From the NCBI GenBank assembly GCA_013265495.1, contig MU058198.1, forward strand, positions 3,918,419 through 3,982,418: DNA of 64,000 nucleotides, in the 5' to 3' direction. Shown one piece after another: positions 23,586 to 36,957 of the stretch. Under the pieces are notes generated by a model. That model was not told the origin of the DNA and did no database searches. It worked only from the letters and a program-made list of their open reading frames with translations. The translations under genes and the position numbers were made by a program. Source of the DNA: Vicugna vicugna (Eukaryota). Every line of letters starts with the position of its first letter. Within the stretch, counting starts at the first letter, position 1.

Positions 23586-26500
23586 GGCTAGATGCAGATT
23601 GTTACATTTATAGTCAACTGATTTTCAACAAGGTTGCTGAGACAATTCTACGAGGAAAAAGTAGTCTTTCAACAAATGATGCTGGGACAAGGGGATATCC
23701 ACATGCAAAAAGAATGAAGTTGGTCCCTACCTCACCCCATGTACAAAAATAAACTCAAAATGATCATACCGAAATGTAAGAGCCAAAGCTATAAAACTTT
23801 TAAAAGAAAACACTTGGGCAAACCTTCAGGATATTGGGTTGGGCAGTGTTTTCTTAGATATGAAACTAAAGGCAAACGTGAGAAGAAAAAAAATAGATAA
23901 ATTGGACATCATCAAAATTAAAAATTTTATGCTTCAAAGGACACCATTAAGAAAGCAAAAAGACAACCCTCAGAATGGGAGAAAATATTTGGAAATCATA
24001 GATCTAATAAGGGACTTGTATCCAGATTATATAAAGAACAATTACAACTTCATAATTTTTTTTAAAAAAACCTAATTTGAAAAGAGGCAAAGGATATAAG
24101 GATAGGAAAAACTTAGTCATTAGGTTTTGCAAATCAAAACCCAGTGAGATATCACTTCACACCCACTAGGATGAGTGAAATATAAAAGACAGACAATCAT
24201 AGCAAGAATGTGGAGAAACTGGAACGCTTACACATTGCAGATAGGATTGTAAAAGGGTGCAGCCACTTTGGAAAACAGTCTGGTAGTTTCTGCAAAGTTA
24301 CCATATGACCTAGCAATTCAACGAGTTACTGTATGACTCAGCAGTTATACTCTTTGAGATGCACACAAAAGAACTGGAAATATGTCCACACTAAAACTTG
24401 TGCACAGATGTGCATAACAGCATTATTCATAACAGCCCGAAATTGGAAACAACCCAAATGCCCGTCAACTGATGAATGGAAAAACCAAACATATATCCCC
24501 CCAAAGGAATATTACTCGGTCATAAAAACGAATGAAGGACTGATAGATGCTGCAGCATGAATGAACCTTGAAAACATCAGGCTAGTGAAAGAAGCCACAC
24601 ACAAAGACCACGTATTATTGTGTGATTCCATCTGTAGCAAGTGCCCAGAACAGGCAAATCCTATTGAGACAGTAGGTAAACAAAGTAGATGAGTGATTGC
24701 CAGGGGTTGTAGGGAGGAGAGCAAAGGGGAGTAATTGCTAATGGATATGGAGCTTCTTTTTGGAGTTACGAAAATATTCTAAAATTAGAGTGGTGATGGT
24801 TGTGCAACTTTGTGAATATACAAAAAAATCATTGAATTGTATACTTTAAAGGGGTGAATTTTATGGTATATGAATTGTACCGCAAGAACGCTGTTATTTA
24901 AAAAATTCATTTTCTGGAGACAAGGGGAGAGTGGGGCTGGGCTAGTGAGTATTGAGGGCTCCAAGTGAGTAATGAGGTTTGAAATCGATGGCAGAAGGCG
25001 TGTAATAGGATTGCTGAGCAGTGACGAGGCGGCGTCTGAGATGCAATACCACAAAATTGTAATGGCACCCATCTGCATGGCTGGGAGAATGCCGCACCTG
25101 GACCGTCTCATTTATAAGCCACAAGCTCAGAGGCCCCAGGCGGTAGAGTGGGACCCCCACCATGGGTACCACGCCACGCAGCAGTCAGTAGGAAGAGCTT
25201 GGGGATACCTGAGGCTCTTTCCTGCCCACATCCAAACACCAACAGGAGGAAAGCTGAGGACTTGGCTCACTAGTTCTCAAGGAGAATTTCTGGAACAAAA
25301 ATATCTCCTAAACCTGCTGCTGAAGCATCAAGCAGGAGAAAGAATAAAAAGAAAGAAGAAAAGGAAGGCATTTTCCTCGTAATTAAATCTGAATTATTCA
25401 CAACCTGTTAGACACTTCTTTTCCCTCCAATGTAGAAGAACACGTTTTCATTTCTCCCCTAAGTCCGAAACTCCTTTGCAATCAAGTTGAATTTTTGGCT
25501 GAAGGCTTTCATTTAGATGGGAAACCAGGGGCCACCTCACCTGTATCATCAACACATCCTCCCCTAAATCAACCTCTGAGCCCAAAGGGGCTGGTTTTAC
25601 CTCATACCTTAATCCTCCTCCTCGATTAATTCCTCCAAGCCTTGCTTTATGAGGGTTCCTTAAATTGTTTCAAGTGACCTAGTTTCAACTAATTGAAGCA
25701 AAGTGGGAAATTAATTGACCAAGGTAACTAAACCTTGGGAGGACTAGGAAGCAGTTGCCTTCATTGAGAATAAAACAAGGAACTCGGGGAACTCAGGGGC
25801 TTCCTGCTCCTGCTTACCACACGATCTGCCCATCCACCCCCACATCCCCACCACACACACCCCCACTCCCTGTTGAGTGGTACTTTCTATTTTTCAGACC
25901 TGTTTTCTCCATGAAGCTGAAAACATGGCAATCGGTGGTGACCAAGCTCATGTCTCCTCAGCTTACCTCCTTTCCCATCATTTTAATTTAGAAAACTGCA
26001 ATGGGGGTCAGGTTTTCCTGGCTCAGTTCTGATGCCCTATAGCCAAAGGAGCAGGGCACGTTGTGACTGGCAATCCCCATTAGAAGCCACATTGTTGGAG
26101 TGGAGGTAGGAAGAGTTCCCCTGAAAAAGAAAGGTGATGTTCCCAGTGAGAAAGGTGTCCAGGGCAAGCAAAGCTACAGGTGGGCATGTCCATGGCAGTC
26201 AGATTCCCACAGCCCAGTGGGAACAGCTTGCGATCTGGAGCCAGAACTCCTGGGTTTGAACACAGCTATATTACTTACAAGATACGTAATCTTGGGCTCA
26301 GTTCCTTTGTCTGTAAAATGGGCATGACAATACTTACCTTATATGTATGTTCAAGGGAGCAGAGAAGAATTCCATTTTGATGGGAAGAGCTGCAAAGTGT
26401 TGTGGCTGATTTTGAAATCTATCACAGTTGGAAACAGCTAGAAGGGGGTGCATCAGGTTGGAGGTGGGTAAACGGGGTAGGAGAGGGAAATGAAGTTGGG

Positions 26501-26859
26501 ACTGAGACTAGAAATGGAAAGAAGTGGTCAGTGACATCTGGAATAATTGACCTCTAGGTTAAGGACAGGAGAATAAGTAGAAATTGACCACATGAAAGGA
26601 GAGTGTTCTAGGCAGAGATAACTGCACACAGAGAAATGCAAAGGTGAGGAAAACACATGCATTGAGCTTACTAAAAGTAGTTCAATATTGCTAGAGCATG
26701 AAACGCAGAGAGGGCAACAGGTTGGCAAGAGTTGGGCTCAGCAGGGACCCTGTGACTAACTCTTCCAAGTCATGTGAACAAATTAGGGCTTCATCCAAGA
26801 GCAATGGGGAATTGCAGACAGCGTTAAGCAGGGAAAGAACATGATCAAATATACAGTTT

Positions 26860-27715
26860 ATGCAAATGAGGCAATAATGAAATACACCTATCGGAACACC
26901 TAAAATTAAAAACACAGATGATCGCGAGTGTTGGCAAGGATGTGGAGCAACTGGAATTGTCATACATTGCTGGTAGAAATGCAAAATGGCGGAGCCACTT
27001 TGGAAGACAATTTGGCAGTTCTTACAAAGTTAAATGCCTACTTACCATAGAATCCAGAAATCCCACTCCTACATATTTACCCAAGAGAAATGAAAACTTA
27101 TATTCACACAGAGCCTGTACACAAATGTTTATTGCAGATATGTTTGAAATAACTAAAACTGAATGTCCTTCAGCTTTTGAATAGCTAAACAAACTGTAGT
27201 TCATCCATACCATGGAATACTACTGGGTAATGAAAGTAATGAGCTAGTGATACAAACAATAATTTGAATAAATATCAAATGCAATATCTAAATGCAAGAT
27301 GCCAGACTCAAAAGTCTATATACTGCATGATTCCTTGTATATGACAGTCTGAGGCAAACCTATAGGGACAGAAAATATATCAGTGGTTAGCAGGTTTTAG
27401 AGATGGCAGCATGGGGAAGGGAATAGCTCAAGTGGTAGAGCACATGCTTAGCATGCATGAGGTCCTGGGTTCAATCCCCAGCACCTCCTCTAAAATGAAA
27501 TAAACTGAATTAACTCCCCCCACTGCCAAAATAAAATGGTTAACTAATACAATAATAAATAAAATGTAAAAATAGAGATGGCAGCATGATGGAATTTGTG
27601 GGATGATGGAACTGTTCTATGTCCTAATTGTGGTTGATGGTTTCATGACAAAACCCACAGACATGTACAACCAAAGAGTAAATATTGCTGAATGTAGATT
27701 TTTTAAGTGAAATTT
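26860..27715 (+). mobile_element. Old L1 (L1M) 3' fragment
   Basis: gtgttggcaaggatgtggagcaactggaa...ccactttggaagacaatttggcagtt...ccatggaatactact. Confidence 0.8.
27413..27572 (+). mobile_element. Vic-1-like SINE inserted in L1
   Basis: tRNA-like head and A-rich tail; perfect 15-bp TSD tagagatggcagcat (27398-27412 / 27573-27587). Confidence 0.93.
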
Positions 27716-27729
27716 TAATAATTGCGTAT

Positions 27730-28190
27730 TGGACAGGTCATTCTAGCTGAAGAGAGAGATCTAGAGTGGGACATGGCTAGGCTCAGAGAAGCCATCTGGG
27801 AGACTGCAGCGGGCATCCAAGCTAATGATGGTGGCCTGAAATGGGACAGTGGCAGTGGTAATGGTGAGAATGGACCCATCTGAGCAATATTGAGGAGAGA
27901 GATGCGGTAGGATTTGGTGAATGGATGCAGAGAGCCTGGGTTAGAGTGACAGAAAGCCAAGGAGATGGAAGATTTGAGGACTGGTGAGAGAATCATTAAG
28001 TGACTGTGAGATCCAGGTGGGAAGGAAAGTTGTTCAGGAAGGACTGAAGAATGAGAAGGTCAAACAGGTCAAATGGCAGGTATCTTGGGATTGACTGGGT
28101 AGAATGGTTGGCGAGTCAGAGGATGTCATCAGAATAGACCATTGGAGCTTGAGCTTTCAGAGCTGGAACAAGGTGCAATAGAAAAACAGT
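27730..28190 (-). mobile_element. L2 fragment
   Basis: gatggtggcctgaa...gtggcagtggtaatggtgagaatgg...ggatttggtgaatggatg. Confidence 0.65.
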
Positions 28191-28196
28191 GATGGG

Positions 28197-28850
28197 TTGT
28201 GATCCAGCAATCCCACTCCTAGACATAGATCCAGAGGGAACTCTATTTCAAAAAGATACATGCACCCCAATGTTCATAGCAGCGCTATTTACAATAGCCA
28301 AGATATGGAAGCAACCTAAATGTCCATCAACAGATGACTGGATAAAGAAGCTGTGGGATATTTATACAATGGAATACTACTCAGCCATAAAAAAAGAATA
28401 AAATAATGCTATTTGCAGCAACATGGATGGATCTGGAGATCGTCATCCTAAGTGAAGTAAACCAGAAAGGGAAAGAAAAATACCATATGACATCATTCAT
28501 ATATGGAATCTAAAAAAAGAAAAAAGAAGACACTAATGAACTTATCAACAGAAACATAGACATAATAAACAGTCTTATGGTTACCAGAGAGAAAGGGGGT
28601 GGGAAGGTATAAATGTGGAGTCTGAGATTTGTGAATATTAACTAGTATATATAAAATAGATAAGCAACAGGTTTCTTCTGTATAGCACAGGGAACTATAT
28701 TCAATATCCTATAGTAACCTATAATGAAAAAGAATATGAAAATGAATATATGTATGTATACGTATGACTGAAACATTATGCTATCCACCAGAAATAATTG
28801 ATGTACTGTAACTGACTATACTTCAGTTGGAAAGAGAGAGAGAGAGAGAA
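28197..28850 (+). mobile_element. 5'-truncated young L1 (camelid type)
   Basis: DPAIPLL..KDTCTPMFIAALFTIAKIWKQPKCPSTDDWIKKLW ORF2 C-terminus, then 3' UTR and (ga)n tail. Confidence 0.92.
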
Positions 28851-28989
28851 AGAGACTGATGGGAGCTTTCCAGGTACCGTGGTTAACTTTTGATTTATGG
28901 TGCCTTCTATGACACAGCGAGCTTCTTGAGGGTAGGAAAAGTTTCTGGTTCATCTTTGTAATCCTCTCCTCCTAGGTGTTCGTCACCTA

Positions 28990-29380
28990 GCTCAGTGGTT
29001 GGGTGAGGAGAGTATCCAAGCTTGACTCTTGGCTACATTACCTGGGGAGCTTTTTAAATTCCCCAGGCCCAGCTGCACCCAGACCACTTAATACAGTACC
29101 TCTGTGGAGAGGACCCAGGCAGCAAGAAGGTTTTCAAGCTCCCTGGTTTATTCCAATGTGCAGTCAAGGTGGCTGATCACTGATCCAGCTCAGGTGTCCC
29201 AGTGGTGCTCAACTCTGGCTGCATGTTAGAATTACCCAAAAAGCTTTAAAAACTTACAGATGCCTCCACCCCTAGAGGTTTGGTGCTCATTGGTCTGGAG
29301 TAGAACCCTCCTATCTGTATTTTTTAAGAGCTCTCCAGACACTTTTAATGTGCAGTCATCAGAGCTGAGAATCACCAGCT
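28990..29380. mobile_element. Two adjacent MER5A-like MITEs
   Basis: cctggggagctttttaaat...cccaggcccagc; cagtggtgctcaactctggctgcatgttagaattacc...gctgagaatcac. Confidence 0.7.
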
Positions 29381-30841
29381 CAGCACGTGGAAAACAGTTC
29401 AACAAATGGTTATGGAGACTCCAATCAGTAGGTCCTTGACGGCCCTCTCTTCTGAGCCATAGAGGTATCAAACCAGTGGCCTGCTGTGTGACCTCCTATG
29501 TGTGTCCCAGGTGCCTCAAACTCAATATGTCCAAGACTAAATTCCATCTCCCAATGCCCCCTGAAGGCTGGTGAGAAATTTGAGCCTTTTGTTGGGACAG
29601 AGAGGTCCTGGGAGCTTGACCTGGGTTTGGGGAACTGTGGCCACAAGCAGAGAATGAAGGGTAACTGTAGAGAGTTTGGGGGATGGCAGTAGGCTTGTAA
29701 CTCATGCTTCAAGGAACTGAAAAATGAAGTCCAGTTGGGGTCAGAGAGTGTTGGACAGACAGGCAAAGAAACCAGAAAATGGTTATAAGGGAAGGACTTT
29801 CAGCCTCATAACATCATAGGTTCTTTCATAAGTGCTCAGTGAATGTTTGGTGAAAGAAACAAACGAACTGGAGAAAGAACCTGGAAACACCAGCGTGCAG
29901 AAGATGCCAGACCTGACATGAAAACATGGCATTTGTCCCTGTAGGAAGTTCTCTATTTTTGTGTGCGGAATTCTTCAGTCACACTGCCCTCCTCCTATTC
30001 CTTAGTTGATCCAAGCAAAATCCTTCCTTAGGGCTGTCGTGTTTGCTGTTCCCTCTGCCTGGGGCACTGTTCCACCAGAGAGTCACTATCTTCTTTCAGG
30101 TGTTTACTCAGATTTCCCCTTCAGACCACCCCCTTTCCTGGCTCTGTGTCTCTCCCTAGCACTTATTACTAACTAGCATACTATACGTTTTCCATACGTG
30201 TCTTGTCTATTTGGTGTTTCTCCATTAGCTATAACCTCATGCGAAAAGGGATTTTGTCTGTTTTGTTCCCTGCCACATCCAGAGCCTACAACAGCACCTG
30301 GCAGACAGCAGGCACTCAATAGATGAATGGATAAGTAGAGCAGTTAAAATGTACCCCAGAGATTATAACCCAGCAGGCAGGGATAAGGACCAGGGATGTA
30401 CGTGTGTCCCAGGCGGTTTTAAAGGAGAGAGTTGGAGGCCACATGGGAAGAAACATTTCTTAGAGAAAGAAAGCCTTGATTTTTGTCTTTATACAATTCC
30501 CTTGACATCTGGGGAGAGAGCAGGAGGCTGAGGAATGAGGGGCGCAGGATCCAGGCCGTCTTTACTGGTTTCTTTCCTGTGCCGAGACACAGCTCACATC
30601 TGGCGATTTGGCAGAAGGAAGTGAGTGTGTGCAGAAGACAGGGATGTGGGTGGCCATCTCCTTGGAGGATGCCTCAACTGTCACAGCCAAACTGCACTTC
30701 TGGGCAAAGTCCCAGGTGGCGGAAATACAGTTCCTGCCATGGGACGGAGCCGTCAGGAAGCAGGAATCTGAGCTTGGCAGGGACTGAGCTGACACCACAC
30801 GGCATCACTCCTTCTACCGAAGTACTGCTTGGACAGCCAGG

Positions 30842-31755
30842 TCTGGCAGTGCTGGGAAATGTTTAACGACCAGCTCTGGGGGGGAAAACACGCACGCACG
30901 TATATACAAACAGAAGTTTATTATAAATTTTGCAGACATAAAGAGAGTGCATTGTACAATATATAGTCAACCTATGGCTGCAGTACAATCATGATTTCAC
31001 ATTATCTTGTACTGTTCACGACGTAACCACTATAGATGTAAAACACTTTTATATTTCATCTGCATTATTAAAATTTTTTTTTATCACTTTCTAAAGTCTA
31101 GACATGTAATCAACAAAACAATAAATCAATCCTTGATTTGAAGCATTGGCTGATTTCCATGGTATAAATACTCAACTGCAGCTGATTTCAAGCTATCAGC
31201 ATGATGTCACTGAATGCACAGGTTGGAGTTAGAAAGAGATGTGTGACTGGGTGCGAAGTACTATACAGCATATACATTATAGACTGATAGATATTCACAT
31301 ATGTAGGTATGCACTTCTATACTTTGAGTATAAAAAATAGTGAAATGTAAAATGATCTGGAAGCAATGAGTTTTGAATATTTATTACCTTTTAAAATGAA
31401 ATTTAGTTCATCATAAGTTTAAGTGACTTAATTTTTTATATTTTTTAATTGCAGTAACATTCTATAACATTATGTAAGTTGCATGCGTTCAACATTATAT
31501 TTCCACTTCTGCATACCTTATCACGCGTTCATCAGAACAAAAGTTTAGTTTCCGTCTGTCAGCATACAATTGATCCCCTTTACCCACGTTTGCCTTCCCT
31601 CCCCGCCGCCCCCTGCCCCTTCTCCTCTGGTAACCACTGCTCTGTAGGACCTCATTTTTCATAAAGGCTGTGCTGAACGGTCAGCTTGCAAAAGTCCTGA
31701 AAATTTAACCATCGTCTCTTGTGAACTGGTGCAAACATGCTCCAGCATACACTAG
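30842..31755. mobile_element. MER63-like hAT element interrupted by an antisense L1 3' end (about 31435-31650)
   Basis: gtgctgggaaatgtttaacgaccagctct start; cagcttgcaaaagtcctgaaaatttaacc...gctccagcatacact end; L1 ccccttctcctctggtaaccact. Confidence 0.7.
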
Positions 31756-31885
31756 ACAGATTCAGCGCTGGGAAGAAACCCAGTCACGTAGTGAGAGGCT
31801 CCAGATCTCATTCACTTGTAGGACCAATGCAGGCTCCCCTTAAAGCAGGCTGTGAGCCAGAGTGCAGACTGGGGGTTGGTAAATG

Positions 31886-31926
31886 TTATGGTATGGTATG
31901 GTATGATGTGGTATGGTGTGGTATGC
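31886..31926. repeat. (ATGGT)n pentanucleotide microsatellite
   Basis: tatggtatggtatggtatgatgtggtatggtgtggtatg. Confidence 0.9.
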
Positions 31927-33105
31927 AATACCTGTATCCTTTTCATTCTATTTCTCTCCCAGAGCTGACTTTTCTCGAAAAGCTAGATAATGAGCATGGA
32001 GTTAGGGACCCAAGGACCAGGTCCAAACATCAACAGCAGATAAGGAAGAAGGGCGAAGGGAGATCTTACTCTTCAAGAGATGTTTTCTTTAAGTGGAGTG
32101 CAAAGAAAACTCAATAAAATTATTGCACACCCAAGAGTTTTTTTAGGGGGACTTAAAAGGCCATTTTGTAAAAAAAATTAGGTTTTCTCAGGATCATCTA
32201 TCAAGAGGTGAGATGGCTTCAGACTTTTTTATCTGGAGAACAAACGATTGCTCGGATTTGAAAGGAGAACTTGAGAAATTCGTGGATGAATGGAATCAGC
32301 TTGACAAACAGGTTTTAACCTTGCAGTCAAGACAGGAATGGTGGGCATGGAAGATTTAGGACAAAGAAGGCATGTGAGTCTGCAGAGAGCATCAGCTCCT
32401 ACCCTGGTGAAAGAGAAAGGAATCAACATACCTCATCAATCCACTTGCAAATATAGGGAAGCACCCGAGGGGAAGGGAGCTGGAAATTCACAGGAAGTCG
32501 CCTGGGGTTCTGCTGCAGGAAAAATGGGAGACAAAAGAGAATACTTCTAGTACTTTCAGGATAGAAAAAGGGTTACTGAAGAGTTAAAAAGTTGAAGGAC
32601 ACTCCAGCAGCCCTAGGTAGAGGTCTCTGTGTCAAGGAACCGAGGGCTGTTGTCAACAGCCAGCACCAACTTGCTGGCCACGTGAGTGAGGTGAGCCACG
32701 GAGCAAGTGGACCCTCTGGCCCCATCGAGCCGTCAGTTGACTTACGCTCCCGTTGACGCTTCAACTGCAACCTAACAAGAAACTGCAGGCCAGAGCCTCA
32801 CAGCTAATCTGATCTTGAACTCCTGACCCACAGGTACTTCTGAGATAATAAATGTTCAAAGCTAAGGAAAAGTAGGGTTGGAAGCCATACTGTTCTTCCT
32901 GGACTCCTGAGGGCACAGCAGCCTTAGGCTGGAGAATCGCTGAGGGGGAGTCTCCAATTTGGACAACCACGGGAACAGGAAGGACTGTGAGAGCAGAATG
33001 CATGGGCCCCAGGGATTCTAGAGTGAGAAACAGCTGCATCAGGCAAACTGGGGATCCGGAGGAGGATGGAGAAGTAAAGTGATATAAGTTTAAGACTGGG
33101 ACTTT

Positions 33106-33230
33106 GGGAGGGGGAGGGTATAGCTCAGTGGTAAACAGCATGCACAAGGTCCTGGGTTCAATCCCCAGTACCTCCATTAAAATAAATCAAACCTAATTAA
33201 TCAACCCCCAAAATGTAATAAGGTAAAAGA
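33106..33230 (+). mobile_element. Vic-1-like SINE with about 10-bp internal deletion
   Basis: ggggagggtatagctcagtggtaaac^agcatgcacaaggtcctgggttcaatccccagtacctcc. Confidence 0.88.
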
Positions 33231-34976
33231 ATTTAGGTGAACTTTTATTTCTCAGCTTTCTATTAATCATTTCCCCAGAGACAGAACCAACAGGTTATCA
33301 GTGGCCTTATATGCCTTAAGCTTATGTTAAGGAAATTAAAGAGTTTGGACATTTACCCATCGTGACAGCACCCCTCGCCCCCCCCCACCACATACACCCA
33401 AAATCTGTTGTTCCTTCTGTGTTTCCTAACTAAATGCAGGAGATCCTTATCCACCCCATCACCTGAGGTTATCCTAGACTCCTCCCTTTCCATCAGATGC
33501 TTTAGAATGTCTTGGTTTTGACCTCCTAAGTCCTTCTCACTTCTCCATCTTTTTCCATCTCCCTTACTGCCCTATTACTTCTGGCCACTGTCCTCTCTCT
33601 TCTGTACTCACAATAGCCTGTTTTATTCTTGGAAGAGTATTTTTAATTGCACAAAACATGAATATATTATCATTTCTTTAAAAATTCAAACAACACAATC
33701 AAAAATTCAAGTTTTAACCATGGTAATCAGTTGGGAGTGTTTTCTGTATTTCCTGTGTATACCTACACAGAAAAAAAAATTTTTTATAACTATTTTTGTA
33801 TGATTTTTAAAAATATAAATGGTACCATTAACGATTTTGCACTTAGCGTGACTTGGAGATTCGCCATGTCAGTATATTCAGAACCACTTTGCTTGCGTGG
33901 CTACTTAGGGTTCCACGGTGTGGCAGGCTCCCCTCTGAGATGACCCCTGCTTCCTCGTCTTCACAGCCTGCTGGAATCTCCTCTCTGGCTATACCAGATT
34001 TTATTTAACATTCTCCTCGTCATTTTTTTTTTTTCAAACTGGGATCCTGTTCAAATCAATCATTTAAGCTTCTTTCAGAAATACTTTGTAAAACAGAAAT
34101 CTAATCATGTTACTCTCCTGCTTCAAAACTTCAAGGCGACATGATTAAGGAGATTCGAGGAAGATGACAAACTGGATGAACATCCCCAAGCCCTCCCCTT
34201 TGCCATCTGTTTTTTAGAGCAACATACATACCAAAATAAGAGTTCTGTTGGAAACTGGAAGTTGTATGAGGCCAGGAGTTGTTCTGAGAGTTTCAGAGCG
34301 GGGAGAATGTGGGGCTACCTTGTTGGGCTGAGGGGAAAAGGTTATGACCCCCTGAGAAGAGATGGATGCAGACACTGGGGTTTCCTTGGCTGTCCTTAGC
34401 GGGGATTGCCCCAACTTGCTAACCCTAGGAGACCCGAAATGAAAGTATATAAATAGTCGGGGTGATTTGATCTCAGTTAGAGTGATTGAAAATAAAACCA
34501 AAGCCATCTGTCCCCTTCTTGGACCCAGAGGTAGGACAGTATAGCCCTCATTTCCACAACCCCCAGTGGAGTTATCATTCTGAGCTCATTTCCCACCAAC
34601 ACACAAAAAAGAAAGCTATTTTAAAATGATGAAAATTATTGACTGAAAACTGGTAGCAACTCTAATATAAAGCCGAAGTCATTTCTGTTGAAATCATCAT
34701 TCTTGGCATTGCTTTAGAGACTTTAACTAATGCAATACATTATTAATTATTATTACTAATTAATTAATCCACATAACTATTGGGAGAAAAGAGACAAAAA
34801 TTGCATTATTGTCTTGTGTTATAATTGTATATTTAGGAAATCCAAAAGACTCTACCAAAACTATTTGAAATAATTAAATTTTGGTAAGGTAAATGATAGG
34901 AGTTAAAAATACAAAAATAAATAAAATTTTCTTCATGCCAGCAGTAAACAGTAAGACAGGGAACAATAATCCCATT

Positions 34977-35512
34977 TGTGATGGAGAGAATGACACCCTC
35001 CCTCAAAAATGTCCACATATTAATCTCCAAAACCTGTGAATATGTTGTTACATAACAAAAGGACCAGCTGTAGATGTGATTAAGGACCCGGAGACGAGGC
35101 GATTATCTGATTATCCAGGTGAGCCCAGTGTAATCATGAAGCTTTCTTGGTAGGGGAGTGGGTTTAGCTCAGTGGTAGAGTGCGTGCTTAGCATGCATGT
35201 GGTCCTGGGTTCAATCCCCAGTACCTCCACTAAAAAGAGAGAGAGAGAGAGTAGACGTGAAAATGAAAGCAGAGGTAGGAATGATCCAAGAGTGAAGGGG
35301 CCACTAGCCAAGGAACACAGGTGGCCTCTAAAAGGAGGTAAAGACAAGGAAATAGATTCTCCTGGAGCCTCCAGAAGGAGCACAGCTCTGCGGACTGTGG
35401 CCCTTGGTTTGATGATTTCTGACCTCCACGACTGCAAGATAATAAATCTGTGTTGTTTGAAGCCACTAAATTTGTGGTAATCTGTTAACAGCAGAAATAG
35501 AAAATTAGTACC
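34977..35512 (+). mobile_element. MLT1C/D-like MaLR LTR inside L1
   Basis: aacctgtgaatatgtt...gattatccaggtgagccc...aataaatctgtgttgtttgaagccactaaatttgtggtaa; TSD ccatt/tcatt. Confidence 0.85.
35153..35250 (+). mobile_element. Vic-1-like SINE with (ga)n tail inside MLT1
   Basis: tttagctcagtggtagagtgcgtgcttagcatgcatgtggtcctgggttcaatccccagtacctcc. Confidence 0.9.
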
Positions 35513-36637
35513 TCATTTATACACATAACAAAAGCTGTAAAATACCTATGAAAAAATTATCCATAGAAAGTGCATGATCTAAGTAAAGAAAACCTAATTC
35601 TTATTGAAGGGCATTAAAAAAGACCAGAAGAGCTGGAGAGAAATACTACATTCGTGAGTAGGAAAATTTGATATCTTAAAATGTTCACCCTTCACAAACT
35701 AATATATAACTGTAAGTGAGTTGCAATCAGAATTGTCCATCTTTCACAAACTAATATATAACTTTGATTTGTAATCAGAATTTTAGGGGGGAGCCAAGAA
35801 AATAAGGAAAATATTTGGAGTGGTGGGACTTAACTTACCAGATACTAAAATTTATGAGAAAGTTATTGAAATCAAAACAGCACCATACAGCACATCACAA
35901 GACAAGTGGAGTTTTGATATTGTTCTATGGTTATGTAAGACTCTGCCCATGGGAGAAGCTGGGTAAAGGGTAGATGGGACACTTTGTACCATTTCACAAC
36001 TTCATTAATTATTCTCTAATTATTTCCAAATAAAAAGGTTTTTTTAAAAATACAAATGATAATCTGGGGAGGACAAAGGAACCTTTGCAAAATGTATGGA
36101 TAAAGATTAATAATTATTCATTATTCAAATGATAAGACCACTGAAAAGAAAAATGAGCAAGCCATTCACATAAAGGAACTTACAAATTGTCAATAAACAT
36201 GATAAGTTGCTCAGTGTCTGTAGAAGTCAGGGAAATACCAATTAACCAATGCAGCCTTTTTTCCACCCATTATATTTGCCAAAATTTACAAGTGGAAGAG
36301 TGATAATGGCCAGTGCTGGCTGACAGCATCGAGAAATAGGAATTGCCACAATCTGTTAGAAAAGTTATCTGGACACACCCACTAAAATTAAAAACGTGGA
36401 CATCCATTGACCCAGATATCCTGCCTCTGAGAATCTATTTTACTGGAATGAAAGCCTCAATATACCCAGACTCATCTTCGAAGAGGCCCACTGCAATATC
36501 TTTGTAATTGCTGAAAGTGGAAGACAACTGGTCCCCCACTAAGACGATGGTTGAATAAATAAATGGGTTAAATCTGACTCGTCTAGTGGGATGTCCATAG
36601 ACTATTAAGGGAAAAGCAAGTTGCAGAGCAGTAAGTC

Positions 36638-36957
36638 CAGCTGGCCTTCTGCAGTCCTGCGCTCTGTGTTGGCAGAGTCAACCAACCTCCAACTGAGGAT
36701 ATCTGGGGTAAAACATTTTCAAAAAGTTCCAGAAAAGCAGAATCTGAATTTGCCTTACACAGGCGACTATTTACACAGCATTTTCATTGTATTAGGTATT
36801 GTAAGTAATCTAGAGGTGATTTAAAGTACACAGGAGAATAAGCATAGGTCATATGCAAATACTACACTATTTGATGTAAGGGACTTGAGCATCCTTGGAT
36901 TTTTGGTATCTACAGGTGTCCCAGAACCAGAACCCCAAGGATAATGAGGGACAGCTG
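36638..36957. mobile_element. MER2-like Tigger MITE
   Basis: Terminal inverted repeats cagctggccttc / gagggacagctg; gtattaggtattgtaagtaatctagag; gggacttgagcatcc. Confidence 0.85.

Larger units (their letters stand above)
22590..24905 (+). mobile_element. L1MB-like ORF2/3' UTR remnant carrying two younger inserts
   Basis: AIRQEK-like gcaattagacaagagaaa, IKIKNF, WKQPKCPSTDEW motifs and L1MB-type 3' end. Confidence 0.85.
34640..36620 (+). mobile_element. Very old L1 (L1ME-like) remnant with nested inserts
   Basis: tttaggaaatccaaaagactctaccaaaactatttgaa, ggacttaacttaccagatactaaaat, ccattgacccagatatcctgc. Confidence 0.65.

Noticed and set aside
28189..28401. Protein-coding gene
   Set aside because: It is the C-terminal fragment of L1 ORF2 in a 5'-truncated element.
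34218..34240. U6-like fragment (gcaacatacataccaaaat)
   Set aside because: Similarity is too short and does not extend.
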